From Phoronis australis (taxonomy: Eukaryota; Animalia; Phoronida), in the NCBI GenBank assembly GCA_002633005.1, contig NMRA01000273.1, positions 129,555 to 193,554 on the forward strand: a stretch of 64,000 bases of DNA, read 5' to 3'. Every line of letters starts with the position of its first letter. Within the stretch, counting starts at the first letter, position 1. This document shows positions 38,001 to 51,945 of the stretch, piece by piece. The notes under the pieces are model-generated. The model ran no database searches, had not been told where the DNA came from, and saw only the letters and a list, made by a program, of their open reading frames with translations. The position numbers were made by a program, and so were the translations under genes.

Positions 38001-40767
38001 TAGTAATGAATCTTTATTTTTAGTGAGAAATTTGACTAAATGATATTTCAGATGCCAGCCACTTTGTGTGCTGAAAGATGTGAAGGTTAGGACAGCCATT
38101 GCTGTATAAAAACTGAGTTGGCCACGCCTTCTTGACATCATGTAAATGAAGATTCTTGTAAAAATACACTGTTGCGTTTTACTTTCTTACCAGTTTTGCG
38201 CGTGTTCCCAACACAGCATTAGGATGTCCTTGTCAGGTGGGGGTACAGACACTTGGGGAACAGGTGAAATTTCATCCATACTTTAGTAGTGACATGAGCC
38301 ATATTTCCTTGTGGGAGCATTTCGGTAACAACACGCTCCAATCTTCACAATTTTTAGGGACAGTTTCCCATTTTCTTAAAAATGCGGATATGGCTGCGTA
38401 TTTTCCAAGAAAACAAGAAATAGTGTCAAAATTTAAGGTCTTTGCACGGATAATAGTTTTCTCACCAAGATGAGTTTTAGCACAGGTGTTTAAGCTCCTT
38501 GATGTTGACCACATTAGAAAATCAACATGTTGTAAACCCCTGCCATTCCGACATGGGCATGTGGTTTTCTTTGACAACACCACATGTTCTTGTTGGATTG
38601 AAACAGCCTGGTCCAACAGACACCTGCCGGTCACAACCTAATTAAAGTTTATGTAATTGCTTTTATTGAATTTGGGTAAAATTACCTCCCTAATGGCAGG
38701 TATGAGTCATCTACTGTGTTCTTTGCCTACTAATGGCATCCACTTTGTAAACAATTGTTATTTTAAAAGGAAGGAAGTCTTTCCTCGCTGACAGCTGTTT
38801 CATTAAACACAACAGAACTGTTAACATCAGAAATTCAAATTCTACCAACCCTCGCCTAGTTTGTAGGTATTGCCACATTGTTTGTTAAGGCAACATTAGT
38901 GGTTTGGGCAGTTAGCAAATTTCGTGATGTACTATTCACTTTTGGTATTTTAAAAGAACCAAATTTTATAGCTATAAAACTAACCTCGACATATTCCCAG
39001 CTTAGACAAGAAGTGGTTTCAGACTTTGGAAAAAAATGGCGTTATTGTTTGAGAAGATGGTTGGCACATAAAATTACTTGCCGTGACAAGCCAACTTATG
39101 GAGCTTTGTCTAAACCAATAGCGAAACGGCAATTCTTTTCAAGTCCGAAAACCAACTGAAACTTGACTAAAGAACAATAATAGACTAGTTTGGTTACGGT
39201 GAGTGGCATAAATCAAAAGCTTGTTTTTGTAATGGGAAGCTGGTTTATAGACACTTTTATATTAAAAATTTGAGCTTCGCTATTTTGAAGGACTTTTGAT
39301 TGGGATGTTTCATTTTTCTTTTTGCATGAATGATTTGACATTTTAGCAACTTAGTGTTAGCAATCACATCTTGATAAATGTAAATTGAATGAAGATGTGG
39401 AAATTTTAAAACAGTGACAGCTAGTTATGTAGGTATTCGGTTAACTCAACCCAGAGTAGACCATTTAAAAGTACCATCCACACTATGTGTTATTCCGGAA
39501 CAAATTACTCCTGGAACAAGCTGTCGCTGTTAGGACCTTTTTGCGCAGGCTGGGACACCTTTGACATGCCACCCTCTGCAGGCAAGGCAGACGTAAATGG
39601 CAGCTCACTGCTCACGGTGCATTTGCTTTAGTACGTACAAACAAGAGTGTCTTACACTTTTTGCGCCATATTTGTCAAAATATATTGGGTGTGCAGTGTG
39701 AATATGACTGACTCAGGTGAGAGAGGCAGTTAATCTAGGGTAACATGAAGCATGGACATGACTTGACCATTGGTGTGTGCTGGTCATGTCACCCAGATGT
39801 CCATGTGTTTATGCCTGGTAAAGCACTACACAGTGTAAGACAGCAGCCACTCTGGCTGGCAGGACTCCCTGACAGCTGATGGAAGTGGTGGGGATGATGG
39901 ATGGGCAACTGGTGGTGACATAACTTCACCTGCTGGATGGCATCTTCCTGGAAGCCATGCCAGGCACAGGGCCAGTTGTGTTGAAATGCCCCCTGTTTTA
40001 ATCAGTCAGGTGGGCTGGGAACATTTATTGGTTCCCAGTTTGAGTTTAGAGGATGGGAATCTCACCTGTTTTGTTATAACAATGTCAGAAATTTCTTATT
40101 CAAATTTATGTAACAAGCCTCTGGGAAAGTAAAATCATTAGGAGACACAGAAGCTGATCAGGTCAGATATGTGAAATTTTTGTGCGAAGTAAATGACTGT
40201 ATTAAAGTTGATCAAAATTGGTTAGCAAAGTACTGTTTTTACCCAACTTCGATGTAACCACTGTTTTGCTTTATTTGCATTCTGTGGCACTTACATAGTA
40301 AATACAAAAAATAAAAACTCATTTTGCAACTTAAAAGGCCACTTAGGACACCAGAATGTTTTGGCAGAGCTGAGACAAAAATAGAGCATATTGAAATATC
40401 AGGCCACTGGGGTGTAATGAAATCAGTGTTTTTTCATAATTATTCATTGTCAAAACTACTGGTACTACTTTTAAACTCATTTTACTGTCTGGATATGAAA
40501 AGCACTTCCTATTATGATTTAGAAATGTTAGAAGACTATTTTCCATAGTTGAGTTCCCCACATGTAGTTTACCACTTTCAGTTTGTGGGTTAAAGATGAC
40601 ATTTCCCTTAACTTATTAAAATTTTTAAAATAATATTGCATAAATGAGACCGGGTTGTACACAGAAAGTCTTCGCCCAGTTCGCACAAACATAATTTCCA
40701 AAACTGACATTTTTCTATTTTCAAAAGCTGAATACCTTGTGGTAAATTGTAGATGTAATACGACATT

Positions 40768-40875
40768 TAAACAGTTCAAACTAAGCTAATAACAGACTAA
40801 AATTTTCTCAATCTTGATGACAACTAAACAGTTCAAACTAAGCTAATAGCAGACTAAAACTGTCTCAATCACGAT
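40768..40875. repeat. 57-bp tandem duplication
   Basis: TAAACAGTTCAAACTAAGCTAATA.CAGACTAAAA at 40768 and 40825. Confidence 0.85.
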
Positions 40876-42963
40876 GTGATATTTTACTAAACAAAAAGTT
40901 CCCATGTCCTTCATGTGTTGTGAGGTGAAGAATTCCTGTGCATACACTGGGTTGTTACTCCATTGTATTGTGCTCATGTTGTGTCAATTACCCTCTTAGA
41001 GTGTACTTGGGCAAAATGTATGTCTCATTCTTCTTGTCGACAGTTAGTTCTGCAATTCTTGAAAACAAATGCTGATCTTGCCAGTAGCCATTTTTCAAAA
41101 TACTGGGAACATAATGAAATACACCTTGTCACTAGATGGCGATAGCGTAGTTTGTAGACAGCGTTCTGCATTCTTGTTGGGATTTAATGCAGTGGGTTGC
41201 CCTCATATGTATTTTATAAATTTGTTGGGTCCATTGTGCAGTCAAATTGCCACCGTGGTGCTGTTCAAATAATTCATATAAAACATGTCAAAATGAACAT
41301 GAATGAACTTTCGTTACTTCCCTGTCAACTCAACCCAACTTGCACACCAGAATTAGAATCTGGGTTCTACAAAAGATACTTTTGTGCTTCCCTGTTGGAA
41401 GCAGGTTGGTCCCATTGATAAGTGGATACACCTGTGGCTTAGCAGGTCTTTAAAGATCAATTAACACTAATATTTCATGAGACTACAGTTGGAGGTCCAG
41501 TGCTATTCTTCCCCAAGTCATACTTGGCGTGATGTAATGAAAATAAACCAGTTGGCCTAAGTTTGTTATCAATTTCAGTTCCTGATGGTTAAATAAGTAT
41601 CGCCTGTAATTAATAAAGGTGGGATGTTGCTCAACTGTTAATAGTGTCTTGGGATATTTAAATATACAGCCTGTGTTTATAGATGTTTCATGGCCTTTGT
41701 GTAAGCACTATCAATCAGCTGTTGGACAAGATAAATATACAGTCAAGTTTTGTAACCACTCCTATGTCTAACTATTTATTGGGCTAGATTTCTTATTCTT
41801 AGTAGCCATCCATTTTGTGGTGTGTAACTCAAACTTGTGTCTTTTTATTAGCATCTTTGTAAATTATGATCATTACTTATAAACTTCGACTCCTACCAGT
41901 TACATTTCATGTTTCATCTTCATGAATCCGGAGTCATTTGTTTATTATGTAAAGTCTGCATTAGTTTGTTGCATTGTGTTAACAAAGCAGGAGGTAATGA
42001 AAGTTGATCAGAAAATGCTTTGTTCACAATTTCTAAGAAATGACAATTTTTTTCATTTTTCTGTAAAACTGTTGATAAGTTCTGTTTTTCTACTACTTTC
42101 GGTCTCCATTTACTCAGAATGTTCTTCTTGAGTGTTAAACACATTTCATCTCACCTGTTGCAGTGGCATCCAGTACACATACACACATACTGCCCCTCTA
42201 GTCTGTTGACAGAAGCACATGCACTAATCAACACCACTAAACAAAAGCAGTGCCTCTCTCTGACCAGAATGCTGGTCAATGGGTGTACAGGTGAAGTACA
42301 TGTGTGTGCATGCGTGCGTGCGTGCACTGCCCTTATGAACTTCACTCAAGTTAGGGACCACTTGACCATTCTAGACCAATTTGTGGCCTTGGAGATTTAA
42401 AATAGTTAATTACGCGACCGTCACACGCTGACTTTGGAGGTGTATGCCTTTAAGTATTTTCTTGTGAAAACAGACTTGTAGCCTGGAGGCATCTGGCCAA
42501 AGGTGTTTTTTACGAGACTTGTTAGCACAAGTCCCCAATAAGTCAGCAATAGATCCCCATATGACATGCCCCGCCCACCCCGTTTCCTAATATAGCATCC
42601 CCTCCTCCTGCATGTTGAGCTGTTGCGTAATGACTGATTTTAGATGACTGTTTGGCCTAAACGCTTGTGAACCTTAAACACGATGTCTTAATATCATAGG
42701 TGTGATGTGTTTTAATTCAGTTGATTATTTCTTTTACCATTGCCATTCTCTAATACCATTTCAATACTGTGACAGAAAGACATTTGCATCAAAACTTGCA
42801 GCTGACACAGCACTTTCACGCATCCTCATAGTGTGTAGCAGTGAGGTGAAACAGTGTCTTCCATTGTAATTTTTGAATTTGTTATGGCCAATATTATGGC
42901 AGTCAATTTCAAGGTCGCAGCCTAGAGCATTTTAGCATATTTTCAAATACAATTTAACAACCG

Positions 42964-43009
42964 TTAGTCTCTAGTGTCTCTTGGCCTTAGTCTCTAGTGT
43001 CTCTTGGCC
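42964..43009. repeat. 23-bp perfect tandem duplication
   Basis: TTAGTCTCTAGTGTCTCTTGGCC x2. Confidence 0.9.
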
Positions 43010-44601
43010 GTACTGTGGCCGTCATTTCTGGTACTTGTAGCACAGTTCATGCCTGTATTCCTAACTAAACAACTGGTTGTCATTTCATCTTTCAACACAG
43101 CTGGATGTCCATGTCGGTTTAAATGATACAGAAAAAACAGCTAATTATCCACACATGTCTGATCAGGGACAGCAAACCATGTGTGAGCTGTTGACTTACC
43201 ACTTGGTGTTGCTGCTTTTGGTATTTACCTGCTTGGCCAAGTGTGAAACTAACAAGGTGTGAAGGCAACTGGCTGACGGGGTTATTTGGTATAACTCTTG
43301 AAGGCAAGGAAAAGTTTATTTGAGCATTAATATTCGTTTTGTGGTGTTAGGCGGCAAGTTTTGTATTCGTTAATTTGTCATGGATTTCATTTTTGTGAAC
43401 ATCAACCTTGATTATCATTGAGAACAGTCGTCGTAGTTTGGATTGTGTTTTCTGTGTTTAGCAGGTGTGAATTGGTGGGATACCAAAAGGATGATTGATT
43501 GCTAATTGGCAAAGTATACTTTGATGAATAATTCGTTCAGTGTAATTTGTGCAGGTTTCACAATGAAATTCAAAACAATGCCTATCACATCGAATGTAGA
43601 GCGGATTTAAATTAGCATTCCATCAAAAGACGCACACTTTTGATTTAAACCTCTTACCACCATAAATTTTGTCTCGATCGAGAGAAGTAGTTTCTGGATG
43701 TGCAAAAAACTAACCGTTCATTATTCTTTGAAAACATGCTTTGGCATAAAATGACACGCGCCATGACAAGCCAGCTTGACTGAAGAGCCTGGCGTGTGCT
43801 CCTAAATGACCTGAATCTCACAAAAACCCAAGAAAACACTAGACTTCACGAGATCTCACCATGTATTGTAAATGAAGCACGTCAGTGATCACGCTAACAT
43901 ACTTAGTGAGATTCTTGCGCCTACAAAACTCTACCCTCGTCTCGAGTAATAATAAACAGCCAGTCCTTTGGAAGCCCAGAAATCGCCTCCAACTTGACTC
44001 TGAAAGTTAGTATTTGTGATGAAAGGTGGGTTTATTGACGCGTCAGGTTTCTAAAATGTGTATGTTAATCATGTTTCTTTATGGGCGTCAGTGTTCTCCA
44101 CAACTGAAAACACAAATGTATTGAAAGTGCATCATAGGTAGTTGCACTGTCTGAGTGGACCTGCCTAATGTTACCTGATGTATCCAGACTGTGGTGCACA
44201 GTAGCATTGAAAAAAACATGTTCTGTCTAAAAACTGATGACTAATTTTTTAACAGTAGTACCTGAGATTGTTCTCAAAAAATGAAAACCCAAAGGTGTTA
44301 GGTGCCACTCAAACGTGTCACATGTGCTAGCAAAAGGGTTACACTGAAGTTGAAACGGGTCACACTGACACTACACTGATATGTACTGTAATCCTGCCAA
44401 TACAAGCCCAGCCTCTAACGGAAGCAGTGAGAGGGCTTTGTATTCAGGTGTTGGCCTTTTTGAAAAACGATAACTTTCACAAGTGTCACTTCAGGCTATG
44501 CTTTGAATGGTGCAGTTTGTTTTACCCTTGTGTTTTGCATTGAACAATTTCTAATGGATTGGAAATGAAACCATGTAGAGGTGTTTATTGCCAAGCTTCA
44601 G

Positions 44602-44641
44602 TAATAATAATAATAATAATAATAATAACGATAATGATAAT
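44602..44641. repeat. (TAA)n microsatellite
   Basis: About 9 perfect units followed by a degenerate tail. Confidence 0.95.
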
Positions 44642-45301
44642 TATAAAAACGTTGCCGGTGGTAATCTTTTTTGCAACATGTTAGACTGCAGAATGGCATG
44701 ATCAGTTTGAGTACTGCAAAAATAAATTGAAGCACAGGAAATGCTGTGACTTAAACTGTGTCTTAGCTGTGTGGAGCCCTCACCACTACTTTTGACACCA
44801 AAGCAAGTAATTTTCAAACTGTTTACCCCTAATTTTAATGGTGTGATATTGGGCATGGTTTCCAGTGGATGATATTCATTTATGATTGCCTTATGTTCTT
44901 CATATACTCAGTCTTTCTCATATGGCTGTGAAGTTCACTTATGGTTTGTCTTTTCAGCACTATACATTACGATATGGCTGAAATGGAATGAGCTGGCTTT
45001 CTTTGCAACATTGTGTACTGTTTATTTACCTACGTGCCTTCTATCTTTTGAAGGCTCAGACTGCATTGCTGGGTATGTCAGAGATGTTGGCAGGCTGTGT
45101 TAAGCGTGCCAGCCCAAGTCAAACAGCGTAATTAGCGCGGCCTAAAATAGGCGAACCTGCTATAATAGTCGTGGGAACTGTTTCAAAATACCCACCTCAG
45201 CATCTGCTGTTGGCCGTCCCAGTGCAATAGAAACATTACAAGGATGCCGTGTAGACATGGGAAATAACTCCGATCCTCTTGAGTTTCATTTAGAGTAAAA
45301 G

Positions 45302-45559
45302 CTCATCAATTTAGGACACAATATGGCGGACAGGTGAAATTTTATTTCCTCGTTTTTTACGAATTATACTTAGTGCCAAAGTGAGGCTTTGCAATACCAT
45401 AGAATTCTGGGCTAGAGTTCTACGGCCATATCCTTGTTCTGTGCCATAGCTACCAACAGACAATATTTTGAAAAGTTTTGATCACTCACAATAATGGTTA
45501 AAACTCTTGAAAACATGAGGAAAGTGCTATTTTAGCAATTATTTTCTTCTGTAATTGGT
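45302..45559 (+). repeat. Interspersed repeat, homologous to 57289-57510 and 6640-6769
   Basis: Shared CTCA.CAATTTAGGACACAATATGG..GACA.GTGAAATTTT and AAGTGCTAT....GCAATTATTTT blocks at similar spacing. Confidence 0.75.
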
Positions 45560-46228
45560 GAGATTTTACTGCATGCTCATAGTTTTGTAATAATTTAGAT
45601 AAAAAAATTGCCTGAATCGCTGGGGGAGCTGATGTTTCCACAAGGTAGTCAACTACACATTTCCAAAGGAAGGTTTTCCTACAACTGGGATGTCGTCGGC
45701 ATTTTATTCTTTTTTGCTATCTGTGGGGGCCGATAACCTTGTTCATCCACCTATGTATGTACAGCTTTATCAAAACTCTGTTGTTTATCTGGGATTATTA
45801 AATATACTGATTGTTGTGAGCAATGATTATGAAACTATAATACCATGGTATGAGTTATTTGCTCTTTATGACTTGGAATGATGATGATGAAGGTAATAAA
45901 AATAATTATATGTAAATTAATTATCACATTATTTATGCTATACAATATTTTAACTACTTAAAACAATTATAGGTCACAGCTGCAGGATATGTAAAACAAC
46001 ACCAAAGTCATGGTATTACTAAAGCATTTTTGTGAGAATTTTAGCTGAAAAAATCCAAAAAAATCTATCAAATTGATAAACTTATTGGGTAATCAAGGGC
46101 ATTTGTAGGTGAAATCATTCATTAGTCTTCAGCTATGAGGAGGGATTACAACTCACTTGTTTCTACTTAAGAAGTCATCTGTCAAATCCTTCTGTAAAAT
46201 TGATTTTACTTGATCAGTTTGGAGTTGA

Positions 46229-46522
46229 TAAGGAAGTTTTGTGCACATCAACGTTGAATTGAAAAATGACTGCAAGTCATTCTTCGATTTTTAGCCTTGT
46301 GATGTATTGTCATATTAGCCACTTCCCCTAACAATGGCTGTGTCAAATGTCTTTGTTAAAACAAAGTATTTACTTGACCAAAAAATGAGGGTTGACTAGG
46401 CAGTTCTTTGTGCACCGACGTTGAACTGAAAAATGACCTTGCAGTTAGTACATTGCTAATTTTTAGCCCTGTGACATATTGTCGTATTAGCCAATCGCCA
46501 GCGCCTGACAATGGTTGTGTTT
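46229..46522. repeat. Diverged direct repeat, period ~170 bp, 2 copies
   Basis: TTTGTGCAC..C.ACGTTGAA.TGAAAAATGAC and TTTTTAGCC.TGTGA..TATTGTC.TATTAGCCA each occur twice. Confidence 0.8.
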
Positions 46523-49500
46523 CATCCAGTGCATTAGTTAACTGACACTTCTAATTGCATCATCTCTGAAACACTTTGAAAACTTGTTGTTCTCCCTCAC
46601 TGTCAGATTACGCAACATTTTTTCCTGAGGCTTCTGCAGGCTTCTGATCAATTGTGGCCGTTCAGATGTCTTTTGATATAAAACAGTAAAGTGGTTTGGT
46701 GATATTAGGTGGTTTGTTTTCTATTTAATCAATAAACACAAGGTTCTAATGCATGCTGATTCAGATCAGATTACTGCTGTCCAATAAAATTATGATGTAA
46801 TGGGGTCAAAAAATGCAGGTCATTTACGACTGACTCGGCCTAGTTTGATGAGTGCTTGCTAAAATAGTCCGCTAATGGTGATTATATAACTTAACAAGTG
46901 CCAAGGAGTTGATGTGTAAATCAGTTGAATCACGTAGTTTTTAAATTTTAGTTTTTATAAGCTTGCAGCAGCCTGGACAATTTTTGTCGCTGTCTTCGTG
47001 AGTTTTTATGACAAGTTCGGGTCTTGCCATTGAAAATCTAGAATGTTTGCCTTATCGATTCCCTCATAAGCTGACAATTTCATGCAAGTGGCAGACATTT
47101 TGTTTAAAAAATTTGCTTCTCTTGGGATTTGTTTATTGTTCGGGCCCAATCAGCAAAGGGCACTCTGATTATGAGGAGCTTTTGTGTACTATGGATTTCC
47201 AGAAGAGGGCACCATTCATGAAAAATTTGCATTGTTGTATATTTTTGAAAAAACTACCTAGTCTGTTTTCAGACTCTGTTGGTACAAAACACAGTGTCGG
47301 ACATTTGGGAAACATGATAAATCTCAAAATCCCCGTGCCCCAATTTTCAGGATCAGGCAAATTCACTTTTGGCTCGAATTTTGGTATCAAAAATTTTATA
47401 GAGACTCTCAAACTGGTGGATTAGTCACGTGAAACTTAAACTTTGCATATTGATGTATTTAAGGTTTGGCCCACTCATCATTCTTGTTTTTACGTGCTAC
47501 CTAAAAGCAAAGTAGTTCTAAACAAGGGCTCACACACTTTCCAAAAAGTGCCTAAGATGCATTCAGCTCATGAAGTGAAATTGACAACAAAGTCTCCACA
47601 AAGTTATTTTATTTTACCCATTTGGATTTTGAGTGGCTCTTGAGAGGCTTAAGTTTACAATGCACACTCAATTTTCTCATTTGATCAGCAAGTGCCATTA
47701 AGTATTTTAGGCAGATTACAAAACCTGTACAAAACAAGAGGTTCATTGTTTCCATATCTGACTAATTCTCATTCAATTTTTTTTATCCCCTCTCCCTACA
47801 TGGATGTCATTAACGTTAATTTCAGTCCTCCAGCTATTAATTAGCAAGGAATCCACCACTGAACTGAAGGTCTGCCAACCACCAAATTCTTTTTAGAGGC
47901 TGACTGAATGGTTGCCTGTGATGTGGACCAGCTAATTCAATAGAATTTCTGCCCACTTCCCAGTCAGCTGGTTGCAGCTATAATTGTGGTCCTAGTGGTT
48001 GAAATTACCGAGAATGTCATAAATTAATGTTATTTTTTGTGGTGGCTCAATCTGACACGCATGATAACAGTGTGGTTGCCTGGTCTACAGGTTACAAGAT
48101 AGCTTTGGTTCTATTTCTGGAATTCCAGTGAAAAGAGGAACAGCAGTGTGTCAGCTGTTCAGCCATTGTTTGTCTGTTATTTTTGGCTGCCTGTATATTT
48201 TGTCTTGTCAGACCACTGTTTGTGATGTTGCCATGGTTACCCCCAAAGACCACTAGAATAAATACTAGAAAGATTTCACTGTGGTTAGTTTGTGCCATGA
48301 TAGTCTTGTCTTGTGTACATTCAATGAAATTGCTCCCCTTGTAAGTGTCTTTATATTGTTTATTTCAGTTGTGCCTTATTTTTGTGGTTATATGGCATGA
48401 TGTGCTCGCTTCATGTTTTTTTACACGATGATCAAAGAAAACATGATGGTAAAGTCATGAATTCTTTATTAAGAAGCTACAGCAAAATTGTTTTTGCACT
48501 TTAAGACTTTTCTGTTCTTTTGTTTTACTGAAACTAGTGTCAACCAATGCCTCATTCAGAAACGAAGTTGGCTTTCTTGGTAGATTTAGCTTGATCGTGC
48601 TTGTGTTACTTTTGTCGTTGGTACGAATTTTGTGGCCCATAAGTTATCGCAAATGTTGCCTCTCTGATAAATCTAATCATTAAATAGACCTCTCATCAAC
48701 CGGAGCAAAGTACTTGCCGAAAATAGATCTCAAAAAAACCTCAGCCGTATGGATGGTTGAATGTGTTAAGATAATTTTCACTAAGTGATAAAATAGTACA
48801 ATTGACTGCTCTTCACTCAGTGATTTAACAGTGTTTTGGCCTTGCAATTATCTTAAATCTTCTGATAGATAAGTTTACTGTTTATTTCAACATACCCTGT
48901 TACATGGGAGATAAGTTGAAGTTTCCACCAGGCTCATGTCTTTTGAGAAACTGGTGTTGCTTTGCATTCATCACATTCAGTCTCTAGAATATTCATTCAC
49001 CTGAACACCTCACTCTGAGTTCACAATGCTGTTTCAACGAAGAAGATGTCCTGTTTAAGGTTAGGTAGGATCTTATCAATAATTTTCATTATTTTAGCCA
49101 AATATCTACAAATTATCTAAGTTTAAAATCGGCAAACAATATATTTTTGGAGGTAGAGAGTCTGTAGAATTCAAGTTTTGGCTTTATATTAATATGACCG
49201 TGTCTTTTGGTTAAATTTCGGAAGAAAGTTACATTCATAACAAAACAACTGTATTAATAGCATGCCCAAAATTTCGGTTGATACATCAATGTTTGCTCTC
49301 TCTAAAAATGTCTGGGTATACAGAATTCAAACTTGGCTGCCGTCCCAAGTCCGTGTCCAGCTAGTACTGATAACACCTGAATGATACGTGTGTTGTGACA
49401 CGACACATCATAATTACGCACGCCCGTTTCAATATTAATTAAGCAGCTTTATCAACGAGTTACCAATAGGATGTCTGTGATGGTCCCTTATCACAGGCGT

Positions 49501-50049
49501 CATTTGTTATGAACGATAATTGCAAGGTTGTCTGAGACATTGACTCAGCGACTGTGTTCAGTGATTGTATATCAGGACGATGTTCACTTTCTAAAATAGG
49601 GGTAGATGGACCAGCGTAAATGGGAGGGGGAAAATTACTATTTGGCTGTCTGGTTTTGGAAAACCAAGACGCTTCATGCTGTACTGCTGGACTGGTGGGC
49701 AGTCATTTGAGAAGATTCTGTATAGAACATGCTATCTTATGTATAAGATACCATTAAATTTTTGCTTTAGCCCATGGGCTTTCAGGCGAAACAACGCATT
49801 TGATGGGGGAAATTAAAAATACTACTGATGACCCACCTGAAAGGATTTGTTTAAACCTTCACACCATGGTCATAAAAGCGTGAATTCAGTTACCAGCAAT
49901 TTGGTTATGATATTTTAAGTATTTCTTCTTGAATTTGTGTACTTTTAATCAAGAAATAAATGTAAAAATAAAAAGTTTAAGATTTTTGTGCGACAATAGT
50001 GGATGCCGTGAGCAGTAGTGGTCTTGAAAGCGTAGTTCAACTGAGTATT

Positions 50050-50271
50050 ATGAAAAGGTGCATATGGGGAGGATGCAGTAATAGCAATCGGAAAGACAAT
50101 ATTTCAGTTTTTGCATTTCCAAAAGACCCTAAGATCGCCCAGAAATGACATAGATTCGTGCGTCGGACACGGGCATGGCAGTGCATGGTGGAGCAAGCAA
50201 TCAGTTCAGGGTTCACGCTGTGCTCAGCCTATTTTGAAGAATCGTGTTTCGATCTGTCAATTATTTTCTAA
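50050..50271 (+). pseudogene. THAP-domain pseudogene (transposase relic)
   Basis: One frame reads MKRCIWGGCSNSNRKDNISVFAFPKDPKIAQK*HRFVRRTRAWQ...LCSAYFEESCFD. The conserved W is now TGA and the Zn-binding H is now Y. It is missing from the ORF track because of the stop. Confidence 0.85.
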
Positions 50272-51313
50272 AATAAGTGCTTGATTAATGAGATTTTGAG
50301 TTAAAAAATTGTAGGAACGCTTTAAGTTAGAAAAGTTTTGGTTGGCATTCCATAAAAATAATGGATGAATAATGAACCGAGATTGGATATGTTTTAAGGT
50401 TCAAAATGTTTAGCTCCAATGGGCCTGTGAGTGTAATAGTGCAATTCCCAACTGTGGTGACATACCAGAATATAGTCCCTGTCTGATTTTATGAAGGAAT
50501 CTGCGTAATTGTTCAGCATGTATGTATTAATTTGTTCTTTCAGGAATTTTAGAACACTTATTTTACAGCCTAAAACTGGACTTCTAAGCACTTTGCTCTT
50601 TCTATCTCCATATCATATTGTCTGGACTTGTGCCATCAAAAACGTTAAAAGTTAGTGTTGCGTAAAAATGAGTTCTTGATTATCTACAAGAAGCACAGTT
50701 TCTTCAATAGCGTCCAACATGGATGCTGGCAAGGAGCACTTGGCAAGGGGCACTTACGATGATCGCCTATCTCTGAATTAGCTTCTTCCCGTCGTCATAT
50801 TTTCGGACCGTGTTCTTGACCCTCTTCCAATATTTACCAGTAGTGATACCCAAGTTTGCGCTTGTGTCTTCAGTGGGTCATTGACATTAAAACTTATCAG
50901 AGTATAATTTATCGGTGACAAACAGTAGATAAGATTGATAACAAAGTAGACTACAATGTTGTAGATGTTTCAACAAACTAAAAGGAAAATTGTACTGTGA
51001 AAAACAACCCGTTTTCAATGATTATAATCCACACAACAGTAAATGTAGCCTGACAGATAGCGTCACAAAGTTTCACAAAGTTGCCTCATGATACACATGG
51101 CAGTTGGGGGAAAATGTCAATCACATGTAAAATAGCCACCAAAGTACAAGGGACGTCATCCGAATTTACTTTAATTTGTTTTTGTGACAAAAAGACAGAT
51201 CTGGTGGTCTTGTGGCTGTTGATCAGATGTCATACAAATGATTTTTTTTCAGACAACTTTAAACTGATATGTTGGTCACAAGTTGTGTGAACGATGTATA
51301 TGTTTTGGAAATC

Positions 51314-51945
51314 CAGTGCCCGTTATGTTTGCGTCTGCGGCTACATTTCCTAACCCCTAGCAGGATTTTTGGGACATTTGGCAAGTGTATTTCTGTGCCA
51401 GTGACAAAAGCTTGTGAGGGGTGGACAGGTCTGCCTTCTGTGGTGTCCCCTAGTTTTTCTCAATGCCCTTGATGGATTTTCATGAAATTTCACTATAGGT
51501 TTCTAAAAAGGCAGCTAGAACACCTTTTCAATGTAGTGTATGTTACCTAGAGATAATTTTATATTTGAGTCTGGTTTTCAGCATCGACCTCTATTGACCA
51601 TACTAAGGATCTTTATGATGATTTTCAGATGGGCACCCTCTTGTGGCAATTTTTTTTACCTGCGGCTCGACGTCTACCAGTTCCTTGATGGAGATTGTCA
51701 TGAACTTTGTGTAAGTTTCTAGTAAGGAGTTAATCTATGGTTCAACAAACGTGAATTTCGAGACAAATCCTACCACTGCGGAGTCCCATATTGGCTATGT
51801 TATTTTCGAGTGTCTTTCGCTTAATGTTAATCAAGTTCCTGGTTGGATCTTCATGAAATTTGGAAAATAAGTCAAGTAAACGACAGCAACTGTACCGTTT
51901 CATACGAATTTGACTTGTGTTGCGTCCCCTAGTGGCATTTTCGTT
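51314..51945 (+). mobile_element. Possible Helentron/HINE-like non-autonomous relic with diverged internal repeats
   Basis: Three recurrences of a CC(T)TG(A/G)TGGA..TCATGAA(A/C)TTT-like motif (~51467, 51683, 51838) and CCCCTAG/CCCTCTTGTGGC motifs. The family call is inference. Confidence 0.4.

Noticed and set aside
47008-47424. 138-aa ORF
   Set aside because: No recognisable domain, composition typical of random AT-rich DNA, and no splice support.
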